Assembly: GCF_032444005.1 (NCBI RefSeq)
Contig: NC_091282.1
Span: forward strand, 111,476,001 to 111,540,000
Direction: 5' to 3'
DNA length: 64,000 nt
Source of the DNA: Ranitomeya imitator
Lineage: Eukaryota
Under the pieces are notes generated by a model, which made no database searches, had not been told where the DNA came from, and worked only from the letters and a program-made list of their open reading frames with translations. How positions within the stretch are numbered: position 1 is the stretch's first letter; each line of letters begins with the position of its first letter. Below are positions 1 through 13,120 of the stretch, in pieces. The translations under genes were made by a program, and so were the position numbers.

Positions 1-1204
1 GAGGGGTCTATATGATAGAAAATTCCCAAGTGTGACACCATTCTAAAAACTGCACCCCTCAAGGTGCTCAAAACCACATTCAAGAAGTTTATTAACCCTT
101 CAGGTGTTTAATAGGAATTTTTGGAATGTTTAAATAAAAATGAACATTTAACTTTTTTACACAAAAAATTTACTTCAGCTCCAATTTGTTTTATTTTACC
201 AAGGGTAACAGGAGAAAATGGACCCCAAAAGTTGTTGTCCAATTTGTCCTGAGTACGCTGATACCCCATATGTGGCAGTAAACCACTGTTTGGGCGCATG
301 GGAGAGCTCGGAAGGGAAGGAGCGCCGTTTGACTTTTCAATGCAAAATTGACAGGAATTGAGATGGGACGCCATGTTGCGTTTGGAGAGCCCCTGATGTG
401 CCTAAACATTGAAACCCCCCACAAGTGACACCATTTTGGAAAGTAGACCCCCTAAGGAACTCATCTTGATGTGTTGTGAGAGCTTTGAACCCCCAAGTAT
501 TTCACTACAGTTTATAACGCAGAGCCGTGCAAATAAAAAATATTTTTTTTCCACAAAAATTATATTTTAGCCCCCAGTTTTGTATTTTTCCAAGGTTAGC
601 AGGAGAAATTGGACCCTAAATGTTGTTGTCCAATTTGTCCTGAGTACGCTGATACCCGATATGTGGGGGGGAACCACCGTTTGGGCGCATGGAAGGGCTC
701 GGAAGGGAAGGAACATCATTTGGAATGCAGACTTAGATGGATTGGTCTGCAGGCGTCACATTGCGTTTGCAGAGCCTCTAATGTACCTAAACAGTAGAAA
801 CCCCCCACAAGTGACCCCATATTGGAAACTAGACCCCTCAATGAACTTATCTAGATGTGTTGTGAGAACTTTGAACCCCCAAGGGTTCCACTACAGTTTA
901 TAACGCAGAGCCGTAAAAATAAAAAATCTTTTTGTTTTCCCACAAAAATTATTTTTTAGCCCCCAGTTTTGTATTTTCCCAAGGGTAACAGGAGAAATTG
1001 GTCCACAAAAGTTGTTGTCCAATTTGTCCTGAGTACGCTGATACCCCATATGTGAGGGTAAACCCCTGTTTGGGCACACAGGAGAGCTCGGAAGGGAAGG
1101 AGCACTGTTTTACTTTTTCAACGCAGAATTGGCTGGAATTGAGATCGGACGCCATGTCGTATTTGGAGAGACCCTGATGTGCCGAAACAGTGGAAACCCC
1201 CCAA

Positions 1205-1360
1205 TTATAACTGAAACCCTAATCTAAACACACCCCTAACCCTAATTCCAATGGTAACCCTAATCACACCTCTAACCCTGACACACCCCTAACCCTAATC
1301 CCAACCCGATTCCCAACTGTAAATGTAATCTAAACCCTAACCCTAACTTTAGCCCCAACC
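1205..1360 (+). repeat. Degenerate telomere-like (CCCTAA)n array running into an assembly gap
   Basis: CCCTAA/CCCTAAT/CCCCAA variants; homologous to 27330-27897. Confidence 0.85.
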
Positions 1361-1524
1361 NNNNNNNNNNNNNNNNNNNNNNNNNNNNNNNNNNNNNNNN
1401 NNNNNNNNNNNNNNNNNNNNNNNNNNNNNNNNNNNNNNNNNNNNNNNNNNNNNNNNNNNNNNNNNNNNNNNNNNNNNNNNNNNNNNNNNNNNNNNNNNNN
1501 NNNNNNNNNNNNNNNNNNNNNNNN
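1361..1524. other. Assembly gap (164 N)
   Basis: Run of N. Confidence 1.
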
Positions 1525-2992
1525 AAAATGGAAATAAATACATTTTTTTTTATTTTTCCCTAACTAAGGGGGTGATGAAGGGGGGTTTGATTTACTTTTA
1601 TAGCGAGTTTTTTAGCGGATTTTTATGATTGGCAGCCGTCACACACTGAAAGACCCTTTTTATTGCAAAAAATATTTTTTGCAATACCACATTTTGAGAG
1701 CTATAATTTTTCCATATTTTGGTCCACAGAGTCATGTGAGGTCTTGTTTTTTGTGGGACGAGTTGACGTTTTTATTGAAAACATTTTCGGGCACGTGACA
1801 TTTTTTGATCGCTTTTTATTCCGATTTTTGTGAGGAAGAATGACCAAAAACCAGCTATTCATGAATTTCTATTGGGGGAGGCGTTTATACCGTTCCGCGT
1901 TTGGTAAAATTGATAAATCAGTTTTATTCTTCGGGTCAGTACGATTACAGCGATACCTCATTTATATCATTTTTTTATGGTTTGGCGCTTTTATACGATA
2001 AAAACTATTTTACAGAAAAAATAATTATTTTTGCATCGCTTTATTCTCAGGACTATAACTTTTTTATTTTTTTGCTGATGATGCTGTATGGCAGCTCGTT
2101 TTTTGCGGGACAATATGATGCTTTCAGCGGTACCATGGTTATTTATATATGTCCTTTTGATCGCGTGTTATTCCACTTTTTGTTCGGCGGTATGATAATA
2201 AAGCGTTGTTTTTTGCCTCGTTTTTTTTTTTTTTTTCTTACGGTGTTTACTGAAGGGGTTAACTAGTGGGACAGTTTTATAGGTCGGGTCGTTACGGACG
2301 CGGCGATACTAAATATGTGTACTTTTATTGTTTTGTTTTTTTTATTTAGATGAAGAAATGTATTTATGGGAATAATTTTTTTTTTTTTTTCATTAGTTTG
2401 GAATATTTTTTTTTATTTTTTTTTACACATTTGGAAAAAATTTTTTTTACTTTTTTACTTTGTCCCAGGGGGGGACATCACAGATCAGTGATCTGACAGT
2501 TTGCACAGCACTCTGTCAGATCACTGATCTGACATGCAGCGCTGCAGCCTTCACAGTGCCTGCTCTGAGCAGGCTCTGTGAAGCCACCTCCCTCCCTGCA
2601 GGACCCGGATCCGCGGCCATCTTGGATCCGGGGCTGGAGGAAGCAGGGAGGGAGGTGAGACCCTCGCAGCAACGCGATCACATCGCGTTGCTCCGGGGGT
2701 CTCAGGGAAGCCCGCAGGGAGCCCCCTCCCTGCGCGGTGCTTCCCTGCACCGCCGGCACATCGCGATCATCTTTGATCGCGGTGTGCCAGGGGTTAATGT
2801 GCCGGGGGCGGTCCGTGACCGCTCCTGGCACATAGTGCCGGATGTCAGCTGCGATAAGCAGCTGACACCCGGCCGCGATCAGCCGCACTCCCCCCGTGAG
2901 CGCGGCCGATCGGCTATGACGTACTATCCCGTCCAGGGTCAGATAAGCCCAGGGCACCTCGACGGGATAGTATGTCTAAGGTCACAGAGGGG

Positions 2993-4344
2993 TTAATCCT
3001 GGGTAATGGGTAAGAGTCTCTCATGGTACAAGTATTGAGTTTCCGGCAATCCACACAAAAGCGCAGAGTCCTGTCTTTCCTCAGCACTAGCACTATTGGA
3101 TTAGCCCATGGACTCTGACTCTCTCTGATGACACCTTTCTTCAACATCTGTCCCAACATGCTCTTCACCTCTTGGTACAGCTGTTGTGAGATTTGCCGAT
3201 AGCGTTCTCTAATGGGCGCAGTATTTCCAGTGGGTATCTCATGTGTGATAGCCGTGGTGCAGCCAAAATCGTCTTCATGGTGGGCGAACATGTCCCTATA
3301 TTGCCCTATCAGTTGCGCCTGTGCCTGAGTGAGTCCAGCCAATTCAGCCTGCATTTGTTCCAGAACAAATTGTCCGTCCTGAATGTGTTGGAGCTCTGGT
3401 GACGAAGAGGAGCTCATCGTCACAGTCCAGAAGTCTCTTTGCTGAACCTCCAGTTGTACAGTCTGAGGTGGCACTATCTCTTCAGGCATACTTACAATCC
3501 AGGCTACTTCATGTTTGGGGAGAACTGTAATGTCTTGATCCTCTAAATTGAGCGTACATTAACAGTCCCATCACGCACAGTGGCTAACGTTCGTGCCACC
3601 AAGAATCCCGAGGTTAGCTGCTCCGAAAAAGATGGCTCGATTTGAATCTCAACTCCTTCCAATGGGATGCGAGGTCGAATGGGCAAGGTGAGTATTGTTT
3701 CTTCGGGTGGTAGAATGAGTTTAGAAGAAGCAGGAACGAGCACTTTTCCTAATGCTCCTCCTTCACGGCAAGATTCTTGAGCTGCATGCACTAACTGTTG
3801 GAATACTCTTCTTTGAGGCGTATGTGGACTCCATTGCTTCAGAGTCTCATTAAGAGGGTTCATTGAAGAGGAGACTCCCGAATTCCTTCAAAACGTTTAT
3901 CCCCAGAGTGACTGTATGTCCGATACTTACTTCTCCCTGGGTTAGCACAACATTCTTTCGTCCCAGATCTTTTCCACAAATGGAGATTTGCATCCACGCC
4001 ACCCGTGACCAGAATGGGCAGTTGGTTGGCAGCCATCAACTTTATCACTGGGCCCACCTGGGCCACCTCGCTTCAGGAAAATGCCACCGGAAGTAAGTTT
4101 CTGGCATCGTTGTTACCTGTGAACCTGTGTCCACCATGCAATGCACTGCACGACCATCAAATTCAGCCCAAACTAGAGGACACACTGATGCTAAACTTGT
4201 GGGACTTCCACTACTCCTCTGCATCTGTTCTGGCTCCGGGCGGCATCCCCCCGGCTTGGAGCCTGTTAGTTTAACAGACGACGGGGTGGGACTCGTCCCC
4301 GACATGTGCACTCCCGCGCTATATGTCCACTCTTGCCACAATTA
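2993..4344 (-). mobile_element. Decayed Ty3/Gypsy pol fragment (aspartic protease, linker, RT N-terminus)
   Basis: ORF 4045-4341 has VDTGSQVT (protease). ORF 2914-3489 has SQSPWANPIVLV..LRFCVD.RKLN...DSYPLPRI (RT N-terminus). Frameshifts present; cut at TTAA by the upstream element. Confidence 0.9.
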
Positions 4345-4901
4345 ACAAGCAGGAGCCTGCTAATGCAGCTGCCCCTGCCTGTAAAAACTGGGGAATGAAT
4401 GGGAAGAAGGGGAATGTAGCTACCTAGACTTGCAGTGCTGCGCCCCCTGCTGGTATAAACTCAGATGAACATGAGCGTGAGAAAATATTCAGAAAAATTC
4501 CCACGCTCGAGTTCATCTGATGTTATACCAGCAGGGGGCACAGCACCGCAAGTCTAGGTAGCTACGTTCCCCTTCTTCCCATTCATTCCCCAGTTTTTAC
4601 AGGCAGGGGCGGCTGCATTAGCAGGCTCCTGCTTGTAAAATTATTTAACCCCTTCAGATGGATTTACATCGTGGGACATGACTGAGCATCGGAGAGGTAT
4701 GGGATATTGTTTTTTTATTTTAACTTTGTTTTAGGTGTCAAGGGTCTTCAATTGGATTGAGAGTATTATAAACTATTACAACACTCTGTGTCTTTATTTC
4801 AATAAAATACTTTTTTCATAATGTGTGTGTGTCTTATTAACCATTTATTACTATTGAATTAATAATGGATAGGTGTCTTATTGACACCTCTCCATCATTA
4901 A

Positions 4902-5371
4902 GGGGATGGGAGAACTACAATACCCAGATAGATTAGCGAAATTAGGATTATTTAGTCTAGAAAAAAGACGACTGAGGGGCGATCTAATAACCATGTATAA
5001 GTATATAAGGGGGCAATACAAATATCTCGCTGGGGATCTGTTTATACCAAGGAAGGTGACGGGCACAAGAGGGCATTCTTTGCGTCTGGAGGAGAGAAGG
5101 TTTTTCCACCAACATAGAAGAGGATTCTTTACTGTTAGGGCGGTAAGAATCTGGAATTGCTTGCCTGAGGAGGTGGTGATGGCGAACTCAGTCGAGGGGT
5201 TCAAGAGAGGCCTGGATGTCTTCCTGGAGCAGAACAATATTGTATCATACAATTATTAGGTTCTGTAGAAGGACGTAGATCTGGGGATTTATTATGATGG
5301 AATATAGGCTGAACTGGATGGACAAATGTCTTTTTTCGGCCTTACTAACTATGTTACTATGTTACTATGTT
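4902..5371 (+). mobile_element. 5'-truncated CR1 LINE 3' end
   Basis: ORF 4906-5259 (LGLFSLEKRRLRGDLITMYKY...TRGH..L...FFTVRAV..WN.LP) is the CR1 ORF2 C-terminus; tail is (ACTATGTT)3. Confidence 0.95.
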
Positions 5372-5847
5372 AATGTCACCTTACAATAGCAAGGTGACAT
5401 TAACCCTTTATTACCCCATATCCCACCGCTACAAGGGAGTGGGAAGAGAGAGGCCAAGTGCCAGAATATGCGCATCTTTCAGATGTGCCTTTTCTGGGGT
5501 GGCTGGGGGCAGATGTTTTTAGCCAGGGGGGGTCCTATAACCATGGTCCCTCTCTAGGCTATTAATATCTGCCCTCAGTCACTGGCTTTCACACTCTGGC
5601 AGAGAAAATTGCTTGGGAGCCCACGCCATATTTTTCTGTGATTTAACCCTTTATTTTAACAGCTAGAGCCCCAAAATTTTACACACAGACACTTGTAACA
5701 TTACTAATGAGGAATATGTAAAAAATAAGGGATATGAAATCGTTTACTGTATGTAAACCGTGTCTCATATCCTGTCGGGTTTGAGAAGGCGGTAGCAAAA
5801 GCCGGCAATTAAATTACCGGCTTTTAAGCTATCTGGCGCTGTATTAA

Positions 5848-5854
<7 letters not shown>

Positions 5855-5894
<40 letters not shown>
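5855..5894. repeat. (TA)n microsatellite
   Basis: Direct reading. Confidence 0.95.
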
Positions 5895-5895
<1 letters not shown>

Positions 5896-6262
5896 CCCAT
5901 GGATCCATTGTATTTCCGTTTTGCAAGCCGGCGAGAAAATCTCGCTGTACGGATGCCATACGGATTACATACAGAGGATGACATGCGTAAAATACGCTGC
6001 CACATTCTACCTACGGATGACATACGGATCACTGTTTTGAGATAATTTCTGCGTATTACGCATGTAAAATATGAACCGTATTTCCCTACGCTGAGTGTGA
6101 CTCCGGCCTAAATCTCTGAAATATGTGATTCAGACGGAACCCCGGGAGGAAGATTCCCTATAATGAGACAGATTAAGGCACTGTGGATGCTGTCTGACCT
6201 TTGAACCGGCGATGTCGGTCTTTTTAGGCAAGCATAAAAGTGCAGTTGACAATAGTTTTGTG

Positions 6263-7255
6263 TAGGGTTGAGCGAAACGGGTCGAAATTGTTCAAAAGTC
6301 GCCGACTTTTGGCAAGGTCGGGTTTCATGAAACCCGACCCGACCCCAGTGGGGGGTCGGCCATGAAGTCGGCGATCTTTTGAATCTGGAATCGGAATTCC
6401 GATCCCGATTCCCGATATGTTTAAGATATCGGGAATTGGTATCGGAATTCAGATTAAAGTGTAAAATATAGAATTAAAATAAAAAATATTGCAATACTTA
6501 CCCTCTGACGCGCCCTGGTACTAACCGGCAGCCTTCCTCCTTCGAATCCGCGCTTCTAGGACCTTGCCGTGACGTCGCGGTGACGTCGCGGCTTGTGATT
6601 GGCCGCGCGGCCGCCCATGTGACCGCTCGCGCGGCCAATCACAAGCCGCGACGTCACCCGCGACGTCACCGAAGGTCCTGGAAGGGCTGATTCTTAGGAA
6701 GGAAGGCTGTCGGAAGGAAGCAGGGCGCTTCGGAGGGTGAGTATATACCTAATAGGAATATACTCACCCTCCGAAGCGCCCTGCTTCCTTCCGACAGCCT
6801 TCCTTCCTAAGAATCAGCCCTTCCAGGACCTTCGGTGACGTCGCGGGTGACGTCGCGGCTTGTGATTGGCCGCGCGAGCGGTCACATGGGCGGCCGCGCG
6901 GCCAATCACAAGCCGCGACGTCACCCGCGACGTCACCGAAGGTCCTGGAAGGCTGATTCTAAGGAAGGAAGGTTCCCGGTTAGTACCAGGGCGCGTCAGA
7001 GGGTAAGTAAAAGGATATTTTTTATTTTAATTCTATATTTTACACTTAAATATGGATCCCAGGGCTTGAAGGAGAGTTTCCGCTCCTTCAGACCCTGGGA
7101 ACCATGGAAACCCAATGCACTGCATTGGGTTTCGAGTTTCGGCCGACCCCGACTTTTTTATAGGATCAGCCGATTTCACTCGACCCGACTTTTCCAAAAG
7201 TCGGATTTCGTGAAACCCGACCCGATCCTATAAAAGTGAAGGTCGCTCAACCCTA
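6263..7255. mobile_element. hAT-type MITE (993 bp) with nested palindromic, CpG-rich interior
   Basis: TIR TAGGGTTGAGCGA...TCGCTCAACCCTA; exact 8-bp TSD GTTTTGTG (6255-6262 and 7256-7263). Confidence 0.92.
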
Positions 7256-7409
7256 GTTTTGTGCACTTCTGAAAAGAAGGAAACTGCTGAACAGAGGCCA
7301 GACGGAGTCCACAGTAACTCTGCTGCCTCATTATAGTGAGTGGATCCCTTGGGGGTTTCATCTGAATTATGTCACTCAGAGATTTAGATGGAAACCCCAA
7401 AGTAAGAAG

Positions 7410-9958
7410 CTCAGGGTAGAGCGCAGGATAAATGTGATCCCAAACATTATGTAAAATGGTCCCAATAAAAGCTTCAATTTAATCCACAAAAAAAGTAAGT
7501 CTGCGCTCAGGTCTGTCATTTGTTACCGGAAATATAAGGGATTTCCACGTTACTGGTAGCACAAAGGCTCTTGAAAAGCAAAATGGCTCTTCGCTCCTCA
7601 AAAGAAATTCAGCAAATTCCAAAATCCAAATGCCCCCTCCCTTCTTAGCCCCAGTGTGTCTAAACCACATATAGTACACACATGTTTGGTACTTCTGTAG
7701 TTATGAAAGCCTGCCTAATTTACAGTGCGTGCCTCCAAAAGCATGAGCTGGGCATAACATACTGGTTGCTAAAACGTACTGGGCACTACAATGGCAGTTT
7801 GCAATTTTCACTCAGCAACATCCACTGCTGCTTGTTTCTGGAAAACACCCATGTAGTCAAAATTATCACTACACCTGTAGATAAATTCCCAAAGGGGGTA
7901 TAATTTCCAAAATGGGGTCACTTGAGGGGTGATTCTGCTTTTCTAACACTTAGAGGTTCTGTATATGGAGTCCGCAAACTAAACTAGGAAAATATGTGTT
8001 CCAGGAGGCAAATAGCGCTCCGTCCGTTCCGAGTCTCACCGTGTGGCTAAGCAGTATTGTACAGCCACATATGGGATATTTCTACATTTAGCAGATATTG
8101 TGGGACAAATTTTGGTGTCATTTTTTAGCATTTCCCAGTGTGAAAATACAACATTTGGGGCTAAAACACAATGTTGGTGGTAAAAATGTAATTATTTTTT
8201 CTTCACTGCACAATGGTATAAAATTCTGTGACACACCTGTGGTGTCAATATAATCACTGCAACCCTAGATGAATTCATTGAGAGGTTGAGTTTGTAAAAT
8301 GGGGTCACTTATGGGAAGTTCAGCTATTCTGGCATCACAGGGGCTCTGACAATGTGACATGGCACTTTCAAATGAGGGCAGCAAAATCTGCACTGTAATA
8401 TGGCGCTACTTCCCTTTTGAGCTTTGCACTATGCCTCAAATTACTTTTGACCTCGTTTTGCTTATATGCACTAACAGAGGTAATTTGTGGTACTGTGCCT
8501 CAAAAGTAGTTTTCAACCATATATGGGATATCGGCGAACTCAGGAGAAATTGCACTACAAATTTTGGAGTCCATTTTCTCCTGTTACCCTTGTGAAAATA
8601 TAAAATTTTGGGCTAAAAAACATTTTTGTCGGAAAAATTTGATTTTTTTTATTCTTGTGGCACAACCTTATATACTTCTGTGAAGCACCTGGGGATTCAA
8701 GGTGCTCAATACACATCTAGATAAGTTCCCTGAGGGGTCTAGTTTCCAAAAATTTTGTTAATTATGGTGGGTTTCCACTGTTTAGGCACATCAGGGGCTC
8801 TCCGAACGCGGCATAGCGTCCGCTAATTATTCCAGCAAATTTTCCATTCAAAAAGTCAAATGGAGCTTCTTTCCTTCCAAGGCCTGCTGTGTACCCAAAC
8901 AATGATTTTATCCCACATATGGAGTATCGGCATGCTCAGGAAAAATGTCATAACAAATTGTATAGTGCAATCTCTCCAGTTACCCTTATGAAAATTTTAA
9001 AAAATGGGTCTAAAGGAAATTTTTGTGAAGAAAGTTTATTTTTTCCTTCCACATTCAATCAATTCCTGTGAAGCACTTGAAGGGTTAATAAACTTATTGC
9101 ATGTGGTTTTGAGTACCATGAGGGGTGCAGTTTTTAGAATGGTTCCTCTTTTGGGTATTTTCTGTCATATAGGCCCCTTAAAGTCACTTCACTTCAAATG
9201 TGATGTGTAGAGAAGATCGAATAACGTCGGCTTCCTCCTTATTCGGCAGGCAATAGCGTTTACCGAAGAAGCTGTAGTGGGAACCCGGATACCTGGAGCG
9301 CTCCCGAAAATCAGGTGTCCGGCGCCGCAGCTGCATGTGTCGCGGCTGTGTGACAATCACAACACACAGGCTCTCCATGCATGTGTTGTGACTGTCACAC
9401 AGCCGCGACACATGCAGCTGCGGCGCCGGACACCTGATTATCAGGAGTGCTCCAGGTATCCGGGTTTCTGCTGCAGCTTCTTCAGTAAATGCTATACTGT
9501 AGCTTGCTGAATAAGGAGCTGACGATATTCACTCATGTCTAGTGATGTGGTCCCTAAAAAAATGGGTTTGTAAATTTTGTTTTAAAAATGAGAAATCGCT
9601 GGTCAACTTATAACCTTTATAACAAAAAAAAAATGTGCTGATGTAAAGTAGACATGTGGGAAATGTTATTTATTAGCTATTTTGTGTGACATAACTCTAA
9701 TTTAAGGGCATAAAAATTAAAAGGTTGAAAATGGCCAAATTTTCGCCAAATTTTCGATTTTTTTCACAAATAAAAGCAAGTCATATCAAATCAATTTTAC
9801 CACTATCATAAAGTACAATATGTCACACACAAAAATTCTCAGAATCAGTGGGATCCATTGAAGCATTCCAGAGTTATAACCTCCATAAATTGACAATGGT
9901 AAGAATTTAAAATATTGGCCTGGTCAGGGAGGTAAAAACAGGCTTTGGTGTGACGGGG
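7410..9958 (-). mobile_element. Older, diverged copy of the piggyBac-like element in reverse orientation
   Basis: Ends GGGG|TTAA (9955-9962); 9600-9958 is the reverse complement of 24894-25300. Left boundary approximate. Confidence 0.7.
9208..9541. mobile_element. hAT-type MITE
   Basis: TAGAGA...TCTA termini; 8-bp TSD GTGATGTG (9200-9207 and 9542-9549); internal inverted repeat of ~80 bp. Confidence 0.88.
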
Positions 9959-10796
9959 TTAAGGACTTCAAGGAAAACCCCTTTAACTAGTGTATGTGTG
10001 CATATACATGTCTGTGTATACTAGAAACACCCAAATACTAATTTTTTTTTTTTTTTTTTTTTTTAATTGTCTTCAATAAGAATAAAAAGCTAAATTCATT
10101 CTTGCAAAAACTGAACTAGATGTTAGAACATTAAAGGGTTTTTTGGGGGGACATGATGGCTGGGGCAGTTATAAAACACTCGCTATGTCCTTGTGTGAAC
10201 CCGGACTATAGGTAATAACAAAATCCTACAATTGAACTAATCCTCTTCATCATCTCACAATCAGCTATTTACGCGTAATAAAGCGTGATTCATTGCTGCG
10301 TTCGTTCTGTAGAGTCTGGTGCTCTAACATAGGAACATCGCTAGGAACAGAACTTTCCAGGGACATTTCCTGCTGGTCACAGACACAGACGTATGTTACA
10401 TAACAGTGCCATTCGAATTTAACAACAGCATGTGTTATGAGACTGGATGGCTGCCGGTAATCTGTACTGTACATGCGCCTAAAGTTTGGGGGAAAAATTA
10501 AAAATAATGAGAATTTAAAGGACTTTAAATAGTTAGCGGAGCAGGTGGACAAACATCTGATTTCCGTCTATGACTTGTCTATGTGGCATGTTTCCCTAGC
10601 AATCTGACCTCCTTAACAATGGTTGTGTAATAACTGTATCCTAAAACACTATCTTCTGTGATTACTTAGCAAAGCAAACAGCAAAATGACAGAACATTCT
10701 CAAATAACCACCAGTTTTTCAAATAATCCATTCTCGGTTTCCAAATGGTGTATTGGTTTTTTTGTGGAACAGAACTTGCTTTTCACAAGAATCTAA

Positions 10797-11174
10797 GGGC
10801 AGGTGCAGACGACCATAAATTCTCTCATCCAAGAGAATCGGGCCGATTATGCTCTGATCAGAGTTTGATTAGAGTGTGATCTGATTTTCTAAAAGAAAAT
10901 GTCTCCCTCTTCTCCATTCTATCAGCCCGTAGTAATCGCATTGCACTCAGATGTCATCCGATTGCAGTCTGATGCTTTCCATGCACTCATTGACTTGTGA
11001 TCTGAATATCGGAACAAACTTGCGCATGCTGCGATGTTTTTTCCCCGGATCAGCTTTGGTCTGACGAAAAATTTGGACACGTGCACAGCCCCATAAAATA
11101 ACATTGGTCTGAGTGCGATCTGGTGTCGGATCGCACTGAGACCGAAAAAAAAAAACGGTCATGTGCATAAGCCC
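10797..11174. mobile_element. Harbinger-like MITE
   Basis: GGGC...GCCC termini with TAA on both sides. Confidence 0.65.
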
Positions 11175-11656
11175 TAAACCAGCTGCATAAAAGTCCTCAT
11201 TTGTCAGGTGAAACTATCTGTTGTTCTGTACAAGAGATCATCGTTCTCAGCAGCTCATTATGCTGTATAGACAGGACTGGTGCTGCCGAGAACAATAACA
11301 GCCTTGTCTCACTGAACAATTTATTATTTATTAATTATTATATATTATTATCTATTTATATATTATATTATATAATATTTATTTAGTTATTATTTATTTA
11401 GTTATTATACAATATATTATATATTATATATATGATGTATTTATTTATTATTTATAGATTGTTCAGTGAGAATCATAAAGTGCAAACAGTATATTAAGCG
11501 ATAGCCGGTCAGTAAATATAGTTATCAATTGGCGGTGATTTAATGCCGCCGATCGGTGCATGTAAATGAACAATTTCTACTGGAATTATTTTAGTAAGAG
11601 TATGTGGACAAAATGTCTTTGTTCAAGGAGTTATTAAAAAAAAAAAAAAACACTTA

Positions 11657-12026
11657 GGGTATGTGCACACGTTGTGGATTCTCTGCGGATCCACAGCGTT
11701 TTTTGCAGTGCAGAAACTCTGCAGATCCGCAATTGATTTACAGTACAAAGTAAATCAATGAGAAATGCGGAAACGCTTCGGTTTAAAAGAAGTAGCATGT
11801 CACTTCTTTTTTGTGAATCTGCAGTGTTTTTGTACCCATTCCATTATAGAAAACCGCAGGGGTAAAAAACGCAGCAAATCCGCAAGAATACCGCAGCAAA
11901 AACGCACAAAAAACGCTGCGGAACCGCACAAAAAAATCTGTCAAATCCGCAGGTGCGTTTTCTGCCAGGAGAGGCAGAACCGCACCAGAAATTCCTAAGC
12001 CTAATCCGCAACGTGTGCACATAGCC
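11657..12026. mobile_element. Harbinger-like MITE (GGYTATGTGCACACG family)
   Basis: TIR GGGTATGTGCACACGTTG / CAACGTGTGCACATAGCC; flanks TTA and TAA. Confidence 0.85.
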
Positions 12027-12611
12027 TAAAAAAGAATGAACATATGCATTTCTGTGTAAAACGACTCGCTGGTCATAAGTTCCACCTCCTGAGCTTCTTT
12101 TAACGCATTCAGGTTTCCAAATAGGTGATCTGACTGTTCTTCTGGCGGCTGCAAATGTTGGGACTGTAAAGACATAGCAAAAATAGACGCTTCAGGATAA
12201 AAGGCATGTCTAGAAGTGTCTTCCTCCTGGAAAATTTGCTGGGCTTGCAAACGTCTTAGACATCATGTGCACATACTCTATGCTAAGGGTTAAAAAGATC
12301 AACATACGGAATGGAGGTTGAAAATGAATGACAGACTCTCAACAAAGCGTAAACCTGATGTGAAAGTCAGCCGAGCCTTCTCCAGACTTCTTAAATTAGA
12401 ACCCTGTTCCTAAAAATATAGTCACCAGTAACTTACAGAAGGTTTTCACAAGTTGGAGCAGCCGTGTAGTAATCCAGGGGTCACATTCTCCTCAGTCTGC
12501 AGAGAATATTATGAATTTGCTAGGAGTCTGGAGAGCGCTGCCTCACCGTGTATTTTTTTTTTCACTTTCTATACTATATATTTTAAAGCACCACTCCTGT
12601 GTTTTATTTTA

Positions 12612-13062
12612 GGCCGGCGTCACACTGGCGTTTTAAACGGCCGAGTGCAATGCGATAAAAAAAAAAATCGCATTGCACTCGGACCAATGTTAAGCTACGG
12701 GGCAGCTCCCAGCAGCCAACTTTTTGTCGGCCGTTTTCCTCGGTCCCAGACAATTGCAGCATGCTGTGATTGTCTCAGACCGAGGAAAACTCTCGGCTCA
12801 CTCGCACCCATATAAGCCTATGGGTGTGAGTGAGACAGCGCACACCACTGCGTTATAAGCGGACCCCAGCAATGGAGGAGATGGAGAAATTCATTTCTCC
12901 GCCTCCTCCGCAGCTGTGCTCCGATCCTCCCTGTGCGAGAGAATCGGAGCACAGACGCATGACACTCGGCTCCTGCTCTGCTGCGAACAGGAGCCGAGTG
13001 TCATTAACGTATCGCATCCGATGCTCTGGCATCGGATGCAATACGCCAGTGTGACGCCGGCC
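12612..13062. mobile_element. Harbinger-like MITE (GGCCGGCGTCACACT family)
   Basis: Perfect TIR GGCCGGCGTCACACTGGCG; TTA TSD on both sides. Confidence 0.9.
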
Positions 13063-13120
13063 TTACTGCTGGAGTGGTGCTTCTAAACTAAGGTCCCTGA
13101 TCCAACCCTTATACTCACCT

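Larger units (their letters stand above)
1..2992 (+). mobile_element. piggyBac-like non-autonomous DNA transposon, right part (left end outside window)
   Basis: Ends GGGG|TTAA (2989-2996). The interior matches the 24894-28628 copy: ~390-bp subrepeats with the AAACCCCCCACAAGTGAC motif near 414, 798 and 1192, then a telomere-like array. No transposase ORF. Confidence 0.8.
4345..6108. mobile_element. Harbinger-like MITE, left end truncated, with a ~290-bp internal hairpin
   Basis: Right end GTGTGACTCCGGCC|TAA is like the GGCCGGCGTCACAC TIR of 12612-13062. Inverted arms of ~125 bp span 4345-4636. Confidence 0.65.

Noticed and set aside
1901-2266. 121-aa hydrophobic ORF as a piggyBac gene
   Set aside because: No DDD transposase motifs; T-rich compositional artefact.
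12026-12250. Protein-like ORF (QQIFQEEDTSRH...)
   Set aside because: No recognisable family and no convincing donor; kept only as an acceptor note.
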